From assembly GCA_965198175.1 (NCBI GenBank), contig OZ240245.1, positions 3,776,001-3,840,000 on the forward strand: a DNA stretch of 64,000 nt, in the 5' to 3' direction. Position 1 is the first letter of the stretch. Every line of letters begins with the position of its first letter. The DNA is from Candidatus Poribacteria bacterium. GTDB taxonomy: Bacteria > Poribacteria > WGA-4E > PCPOR2b. The position numbers were made by a program, and so were the translations under genes. Below are positions 58,075 through 64,000 of the stretch, piece by piece. The notes beneath the pieces were generated by a model, which did no database searches, was not told the DNA's origin, and worked only from the letters and a program-made list of their open reading frames with translations.

Positions 58075-59934
58075 CTACAAGGCTTTGGCAAGTTTTGAGC
58101 CCTCGCGGACGATTCCATCTGCATCACAACCACAGAGGTGATATAAAGCATTCACCTCACCGTGATCTATGAACTGATCTGGAATGCCGATACGCTTTAC
58201 CTGTATCTTCGTTAAGCCGTAGTCGGCGAACATCTCCAGAATTGCACTCCCGAAACCACCCATCAGAACACCGTCTTCAACCGTGATGACCTTTTCGATT
58301 CGCTCGGCTAACGGAAGAATTAGCTCTGCGTCAAGAGGTCTGACGAATCGAGCATTCACCACCGTTGCAGATATTCCCGAATCTTCCATAACGTCAGCCG
58401 CCTCCAAAGCGGGGTGCACGCGATTCCCAATTGCCAGAATGAGTAGATTTTCCCCGCTGCGGAGGATTTCCGCTTTGCCGACAGGGATGGACTGTGGTTG
58501 GGTTGCCATCGGCACACCGACACCCGTTCCTCGTGGATAGCGCAATGCTATGGGACCCTTTTCATATTCGACTGCTGTTTTGACCATGTGTTGCAATTCA
58601 TCCTCGTCCTTCGGCGCCATTACAACCATATTTGGAAGATGGCGGAGATATGCGAAGTCAAAAACGCCGTGGTGGGTCGGCCCATCTGCGCCGACAAGCC
58701 CAGCACGATCCAAGACGAAGATGACAGGAAGATTTTGCACGCAAACATCGTGAACAACCTGATCATAACCTCGCTGTAAGAAAGTTGAGTAGATTGCGAC
58801 GACAGGTTTTACATCTTGGGTTGCTAGACCCGCGGCGAAGGTGACAGCACACTGTTCAGCCAATCCAACATCGAAGAAACGCTTGGGAAAAACTTGCTGA
58901 AATTTTACCAGACCTGTGCCGGTTGGCATTGCTGCGGTTATACCCACAATTCTCGAGTCGTTACTGGCAAGCTTGATTAAGGTGCTGCTGAAAACATCGG
59001 TATATTTCGGGTTCAATGATTTAGATCTCAACGACTTTCCCGTGTCGAGATCGAACTTGCCACTGACACTATAAAAGGAAACCGGATCTACCTCGGCAGG
59101 ACGATAACCTTTGCCTTTCTTAGTAACCGCATGGACGAGAATAGGCTGATGCATATCCTTAACGCCTTCAAGTATTTCCAGCAACGCCTCCAAGTTATGA
59201 CCGTCGATCGGACCGAAATAGCGGAAACCGAACTCCTCGAAAAGCGTTCCAGGCTTGAGAGCTGCCTCGATTTTGCTAGCAACCTGTTTGGCTTCGGGTG
59301 AGATGAGATTGATGAGTTCCTTTGCTCTTGCGCGGAGTACATTGTAAGTGGGACTTGTCACTATTCGATTGAAATACTTTGAAAACGCTCCGACTGTCTC
59401 GGAAATCGACATTTGATTATCGTTGAGTATAACGATGATGTCTTTTTTGAAATCGCCTATCGCATTCAGTCCTTCGAATGCCAAACCGCCTGTCAACCCG
59501 CCATCTCCGATAACAGCGACAACTTTGTAATCTTCGTCGTTGAATTCACGCGCCGTTGCAACGCCTAACGCTGCTGCGAGTGACGTGCTCGAATGCCCGG
59601 CGCCAAAGACATCGTACTCACTTTCTGCACGGCTGAGGAAGCCGCTAATACCGCCATACTGGCGAAGTGTAGTAAATCGATCATGGCGCCCAGTCAACAG
59701 CTTGTGGGGATAAGCTTGGTGTCCGATATCCCAAATCACTTTGTCGTGTGGGGTGTCGAAGACATAGTGCAGCGCGATTGCAAGCTCGATAGTTCCTAAA
59801 TTTGGTGCAAAATGCCCCGGCTGTTTCGACAGAACCGACAGAAGATATTCACGCATCTCTTTGGCTAGCTGTTTCAGTTCATTGAGATTTAGAGATTTCA
59901 AATCGGTCGGACTACCAATCCTTCCTAACAACAT
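58075..59934 (-). CDS. dxs: 1-deoxy-D-xylulose-5-phosphate synthase
   Basis: WD.GHQAYPHK.LTGR, GHSSTS, GDG.LTGG.AFEGLN, GP.DGH, RFFDVG.AEQ, DRAG.VGADGPTHHG. Confidence 0.96.
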   Translation of the reverse strand: MLLGRIGSPTDLKSLNLNELKQLAKEMREYLLSVLSKQPGHFAPNLGTIELAIALHYVFDTPHDKVIWDIGHQAYPHKLLTGRHDRFTTLRQYGGISGFLSRAESEYDVFGAGHSSTSLAAALGVATAREFNDEDYKVVAVIGDGGLTGGLAFEGLNAIGDFKKDIIVILNDNQMSISETVGAFSKYFNRIVTSPTYNVLRARAKELINLISPEAKQVASKIEAALKPGTLFEEFGFRYFGPIDGHNLEALLEILEGVKDMHQPILVHAVTKKGKGYRPAEVDPVSFYSVSGKFDLDTGKSLRSKSLNPKYTDVFSSTLIKLASNDSRIVGITAAMPTGTGLVKFQQVFPKRFFDVGLAEQCAVTFAAGLATQDVKPVVAIYSTFLQRGYDQVVHDVCVQNLPVIFVLDRAGLVGADGPTHHGVFDFAYLRHLPNMVVMAPKDEDELQHMVKTAVEYEKGPIALRYPRGTGVGVPMATQPQSIPVGKAEILRSGENLLILAIGNRVHPALEAADVMEDSGISATVVNARFVRPLDAELILPLAERIEKVITVEDGVLMGGFGSAILEMFADYGLTKIQVKRIGIPDQFIDHGEVNALYHLCGCDADGIVREGSKLAKAL

Positions 59935-60029
59935 CGCTCAACTCCTTGTAGATTTGGCGAATCGATGATTCATGCTCTCTGTATTCTTATACACCTAAAA
60001 CGACTCTTACCGTTTAAAAGCCCTTGACT

Positions 60030-60272
60030 TTATGTATCGTTCTCCTCCGTCTCAAATGGCACTGTTGAAAGATTGTCTTCGTCTAGCGCAACCAACTGTT
60101 CCACACGAAGTTCTGCGCTGTCAAGCTTTTGACGACAAATTCGCGTTAGCCGGATGCCTTCCTCAAAAGCCTGCAGCGATTCGTCTAGGGGCAACGAATC
60201 CCCGCGATCCAAGTGGTTAACCACCTCCTCCAGCTTCGCCAAAGTTTCTTCAAAACTCATTTCTTCAGCCAT
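60030..60272 (-). CDS. xseB: Exodeoxyribonuclease VII small subunit
   Basis: SFEE.L..LE..V..L...L.ESL..FEEG..L...C...L..AE. Directly follows xseA. Confidence 0.92.
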   Translation of the reverse strand: MAEEMSFEETLAKLEEVVNHLDRGDSLPLDESLQAFEEGIRLTRICRQKLDSAELRVEQLVALDEDNLSTVPFETEENDT

Positions 60273-61614
60273 CAATTCCTCCTTTCAGAATCTCACATGC
60301 TAACCAACCACGTGATAGTTGAATTTCGATTTCCTCACCGGCGCTGACCGTGGTGGCATCTGTAATCGTCTTTCCACGTAAATTCTTACAAACGCTATAA
60401 CCCCGTGCTAGAGTGCCCATCGGATTCAGTGAATTCAATCGTGTTGATGCCATTTGCCACGTATGCTTTTTTGCATATACTTGTTGCAGGATAAGCGCCT
60501 GATGGCTCTGAGTCAACTGATTCATCTGATTTCTCAGAGTTTGGATTTGAGACAACGGATTCAGATGTAGCAGTTCAGTATTGAGCACATCAAGTTGTTG
60601 TCGTGGTTGTGCCACTCGCTGCATCATTGCTCGTTCGCTGCGTAGTTCGAGCTGATCGATTATCTGCTGTTGGCGGTTGAGCCTATCAACCTGACGCACC
60701 GGCGAAATCCGGTTTCGCACGGCAAGTAATCGGGCTTGTGTCGACTCGATTCGTACATCGATGCTCCGCATTAAGTGCGATTCGAAATCAGCAATCCGCT
60801 GCCGAAGATCTTGTCCGTCCGGAACAACAAGTTCAATCGCGGCAGATGGCGTTGGAGCACGATGGTCCGAGACAAAATCCGAAATCGTAAAATCGGTTTC
60901 ATGCCCAATAGCAGATACAATCGGGATACGCGACGCAAAAATCGCGCGTGCGACAACTTCTTCGTTGAAAGCCCACAAATCTTCGATGGAACCACCGCCA
61001 CGCCCAACTATCAGGAGATCGACATTCGACAAGCGGTTCATACAGTCAATAGCGTGCGCAATCTCACCCGCAGCATTTTCTCCTTGAACAAGCGTTGGAA
61101 GTAGGAGTACCTCCACTACCGGATAACGTTTTTGCAGCATACGGAGCATATCGCGGATTGCCGCTCCTGTTGCGGATGTGATGATACCAATTTTTTCAGG
61201 ATAACTCGGCAGCGGTTTTTTTCGAGCCGCATCAAATAGCCCTTCAGCAGCGAGTCTTTCCTTAAGTTGCTCAAAAGCCAACTGCAGCGCGCCAACTCCG
61301 GCGGGTTCCACCCAATCACCGATGATTTGATATTCACTGCGTACATCATAAATGCTGAGTTTCCCATGCACACGCACCGCGTCTCCATTTTTCGGCGAAA
61401 ATTTTAGGCGCGATGCAGCGAACCGAAAGATAGCGCATCGAATTTGGCTGTCGCCATCCTTGAGCGTAAAGTAGATATGACCGGAAGAAGGGCGTGCGAG
61501 GTTTGAAATTTCGCCCTCAATCCAGAGATCTTGCAATATCGGATGGGATTCCACAAGCTCTCGGAAAATCTGTGTTATTTCGTGAACGCTGTAAACTTTA
61601 CGTGTTGGATGCAT
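60265..61614 (-). CDS. xseA: Exodeoxyribonuclease VII large subunit
   Basis: GEISN....SGH.YFTLKD, TS.TGAAIRD, GRGGGSIEDLWAFNEE, GHETDFTI.DFV.D.RAPTPSAA. Confidence 0.95.
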   Translation of the reverse strand: MHPTRKVYSVHEITQIFRELVESHPILQDLWIEGEISNLARPSSGHIYFTLKDGDSQIRCAIFRFAASRLKFSPKNGDAVRVHGKLSIYDVRSEYQIIGDWVEPAGVGALQLAFEQLKERLAAEGLFDAARKKPLPSYPEKIGIITSATGAAIRDMLRMLQKRYPVVEVLLLPTLVQGENAAGEIAHAIDCMNRLSNVDLLIVGRGGGSIEDLWAFNEEVVARAIFASRIPIVSAIGHETDFTISDFVSDHRAPTPSAAIELVVPDGQDLRQRIADFESHLMRSIDVRIESTQARLLAVRNRISPVRQVDRLNRQQQIIDQLELRSERAMMQRVAQPRQQLDVLNTELLHLNPLSQIQTLRNQMNQLTQSHQALILQQVYAKKHTWQMASTRLNSLNPMGTLARGYSVCKNLRGKTITDATTVSAGEEIEIQLSRGWLACEILKGGIDG

Positions 61615-61841
61615 TGAGATGGTTTTCACATAATTTATGGAATGTATCAATAGTTATGAGATTTGTTTCGAATGAACTCTCTCTTTTCATGAATCGTTTC
61701 AAAACTTGAGGCTTCGGGAAAGGAACGGTTCAACGCGTCTTGCACTACAACCAACCGACATGAGGATAGTGATGGATTGACTCATCCCCTAGAAATTTCA
61801 GCTTCTTTAGGTCGTAAAGCCGTATCGGATTCCCCTTTTTC

Positions 61842-62648
61842 TTAACTTGCATGATTCGCGTATTTGTTAAATGGGTGGCGAATTCGTCGAATCGAATTGG
61901 CTTTGCCGGTTTTTTCATCCAGTTCGAGTACGACAGCACAAAGAATCACATCTTCCTCGGCAACTTGATGACGAACCGGTAACATCGTCAGAAAGCGGCG
62001 TAGAATGGTTTCTTTTTTCATGCCGATAACTGAGTCATGAGGGCCTGTCATGCCAACATCTGTGATGTAAGCAGTGCCTTGGGGCAGAACTCGCTCGTCG
62101 GCAGTCTGTACATGGGTATGTGTCCCAACGACGGCACTCACCCTGCCATCAGTATACCACCCCATCGCGATTTTCTCTGCCGTTGCTTCAGCGTGGAAAT
62201 CTACAATAACAAAATGTGTCTGCGCTCGAATTTGCGGGAGGATGGTATCCAGAACGTGAAAAGGATTCTCATAGTTCTCCATGTACACTTGGCCGGCGAT
62301 ATTGATTACACCAATTTTCATGCCGGCAAGAGTGGTAGTGACGATGTAACCGCGGCCGGGTGTGCTTTTCGGGAAGTTCGCCGGACGTATGAGATTTGGC
62401 ACGGTATCAATAAACTCAAGAATTTCTCGCTGCGCCCAAACATGGTTCCCGGTTGTAATCACATCAACGCCCCACTTCAATAGTTCATCAACAATTGCTC
62501 GAGTTACTCCTTTACCCCCAGCGGCGTTTTCAGCGTTGACTATCACAAAATCGAAAGGGCCGTGTCTGTGAGACAGACTAGGCATGAGTGTCAGAACGGC
62601 TTCCCGCCCAGGACGCCCAACAATATCTCCAATGAATAGGATTTTCAA
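61842..62648 (-). CDS. ymdB: YmdB-like (TIGR00282) metallophosphoesterase
   Basis: LFIGDIVG.PGR, N.ENAAGG.G, T.GNH, DFHAEAT.EK, GTHTHVQTAD, TDVGMTG. Confidence 0.92.
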   Translation of the reverse strand: MKILFIGDIVGRPGREAVLTLMPSLSHRHGPFDFVIVNAENAAGGKGVTRAIVDELLKWGVDVITTGNHVWAQREILEFIDTVPNLIRPANFPKSTPGRGYIVTTTLAGMKIGVINIAGQVYMENYENPFHVLDTILPQIRAQTHFVIVDFHAEATAEKIAMGWYTDGRVSAVVGTHTHVQTADERVLPQGTAYITDVGMTGPHDSVIGMKKETILRRFLTMLPVRHQVAEEDVILCAVVLELDEKTGKANSIRRIRHPFNKYANHAS

Positions 62649-62713
62649 TGACTGTCCTGCTCTTAACGTGGTTAATTGACAAAAAGTACGGTAACAGCGA
62701 TGCGATTCATCTG

Positions 62714-63481
62714 TCAGACCGCCGTCCAGCCGCCATCGACAACGAGCGTATGCCCGGTGATGATACTAGCGGCATCACTAGCGAGATACAGAACTGCAGC
62801 GGCAATTTCGTCCGGTTCAGCGAGGCGTCCTACCAGAATCTTTTCAAGTGTCATCTTGCGAAACTCCGGGTTCTGCATCGCCGCTTCTGCAAGCGGTGTA
62901 CGAGTAACGGTGGGCGCAACAGCATTGACTGTAATCTTGTGCGGTGCCCACTCTGCTGCCAACGCCTTTGTAACTTGACATACAGCCCCTTTCGCCCCGC
63001 AGTAAGGGGCACGTAAGGGGCCTCCAACAATTCCGACTTGTGAACTGATGTTGATAACCCTTCCCTCAACCCGATTGTCAATCATTGTCTTCGCCGCAAC
63101 TTGGCTCATGAAGAAAGTACCCTTATAGTTCACATCAACGATGTAGTCAAACTCATCTTCGGTCACCTCAAGGGCAGGTTTAATTTTGTTGAAGCCAGCA
63201 TTGTTAACTAACACATCAATGCGCCCAAAGACATCAAGTGATTTTCGCACAAACCCCTGAATGCTCGAAATCTGTGTCACGTCCAGTAACCATGCCTCTG
63301 CGCGCTGCCCTACTTGGCGAATCTTCTCCGCCACTTCCTCAACCTCGCTCAATGTACGACTCCCCAGAGCTACATCCGCTCCGGCTTCGCCACAGGCGAG
63401 CGCGATCGATTTTCCGATTCCTCGTCCTGCGCCTGTGACAAGCACAACCTTGTCGGTCAAAGAAAAATTGGTCAATGCCAT
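62714..63481 (-). CDS. SDR oxidoreductase (gluconate 5-dehydrogenase / KduD-like)
   Basis: TGAGRGIG, NNAG, YCGAK, LA.EWA, VDGGWT. Confidence 0.88.
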   Translation of the reverse strand: MALTNFSLTDKVVLVTGAGRGIGKSIALACGEAGADVALGSRTLSEVEEVAEKIRQVGQRAEAWLLDVTQISSIQGFVRKSLDVFGRIDVLVNNAGFNKIKPALEVTEDEFDYIVDVNYKGTFFMSQVAAKTMIDNRVEGRVINISSQVGIVGGPLRAPYCGAKGAVCQVTKALAAEWAPHKITVNAVAPTVTRTPLAEAAMQNPEFRKMTLEKILVGRLAEPDEIAAAVLYLASDAASIITGHTLVVDGGWTAV

Positions 63482-63545
63482 AGGATTCTGATTCCCTTCA
63501 ACCTATTTTCTGTTGTAATCAACAGTGATAGCAGGTAGGTTCACG

Positions 63546-63998
63546 CTATTTCTCTCCTTCTTGCGCGAATCGCTCAAGCTCATCCAACGTAAAAACCGAA
63601 GTAAGTGAACATCCAAGCTCCTCTAGATTCTTGCGTCCGCCTTGTTCGCGATCAAATACGCACAGTGCATGTTCAACCACTAGCCCAAGTTCTCTCATTT
63701 GGCAAACTGATGTTGCTATCTGCACGGCTGTTGTGGCGACATCTTCGATGGCGACAACCCTTTGGCCGGCGTAAAATCCGCCCTCTACGAGGTTGCAAGT
63801 CCCGTAAGATTTGGGTTCTTTGCGAACGTATAGACATGGTATGTTTGTCTTCAGAGAAAGTCCAGTCGCCAGTGGAACACCTCCCAGCTCTAATCCCGCG
63901 AATTTGTCGAAGGAAGCGGGTAGCAATTTCTGCAACTCAGCCACAATTGAGTGCAACAATACGGGATTGCTTTCGAAGCGATACTTGTCCCAATAGAA
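63546..63998 (-). CDS. pyrE: Orotate phosphoribosyltransferase (5' truncated by window edge)
   Basis: YWDKY.FES.P, AGLELGG.P, VRKEPK.YGT...EG, IEDV.TT, DRE.GG. Confidence 0.85.
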   Translation of the reverse strand, partial: FYWDKYRFESNPVLLHSIVAELQKLLPASFDKFAGLELGGVPLATGLSLKTNIPCLYVRKEPKSYGTCNLVEGGFYAGQRVVAIEDVATTAVQIATSVCQMRELGLVVEHALCVFDREQGGRKNLEELGCSLTSVFTLDELERFAQEGEK

Positions 63999-64000
63999 TG

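Overview
A 64-kb bacterial chromosomal window. Gene content (secreted LamG and WD40 proteins, PhyH dioxygenases, CotH-ankyrin, ASPIC/UnbV, UxaA, IolD) suggests Candidatus Poribacteria, a marine or sponge-associated lineage; this is an inference, not a database result. From left to right: (1) 1-10.8 kb, repeat-rich envelope genes: CotH-ankyrin, a Pof1/NadD-like nucleotidyltransferase, a TPR-DUF3857-transglutaminase lipoprotein, a frameshifted TPR gene, an ASPIC/UnbV protein and a TIM-barrel epimerase. (2) 10.8-15.2 kb, five tandem secreted LamG proteins that all end in the same ~17-aa tag. (3) 15.6-30.3 kb, an unusual cyclitol-type catabolic cluster: iolD, a 120-aa hypothetical, PhyH, Gfo/Idh/MocA, an orphan ThDP E1-like enzyme, VOC, a variant M24 protein and two SDRs, then Ldh_2 and a second PhyH. 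(4) 30.3-35.2 kb, accessory DNA with phased 10-bp repeats, an MmeI-type restriction-modification gene and a decayed ORF. (5) 35.4-43.9 kb, BlaI plus an M56 sensor with a dead trypsin-like domain and a CBM-like domain, followed by a WD40 paralog series of variable repeat number. These WD40 proteins carry the same tag fused to a T9SS/FlgD-like C-terminal domain. (6) 44-48.8 kb, a double-length UxaA, an M19 peptidase and an amidohydrolase. (7) 48.8-64 kb, housekeeping genes: bioF, NtrC-type regulator and kinase, secF, secD, tRNA-Arg(CCT), apt, tlyA, dxs, xseB, xseA, ymdB, an SDR and a partial pyrE. The best candidate for an undescribed system is the shared C-terminal tag, a possible lineage-specific sorting or anchoring signal. 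No CRISPR array, rRNA or intact transposase was seen. All calls come from reading motifs by eye; no searches were run.
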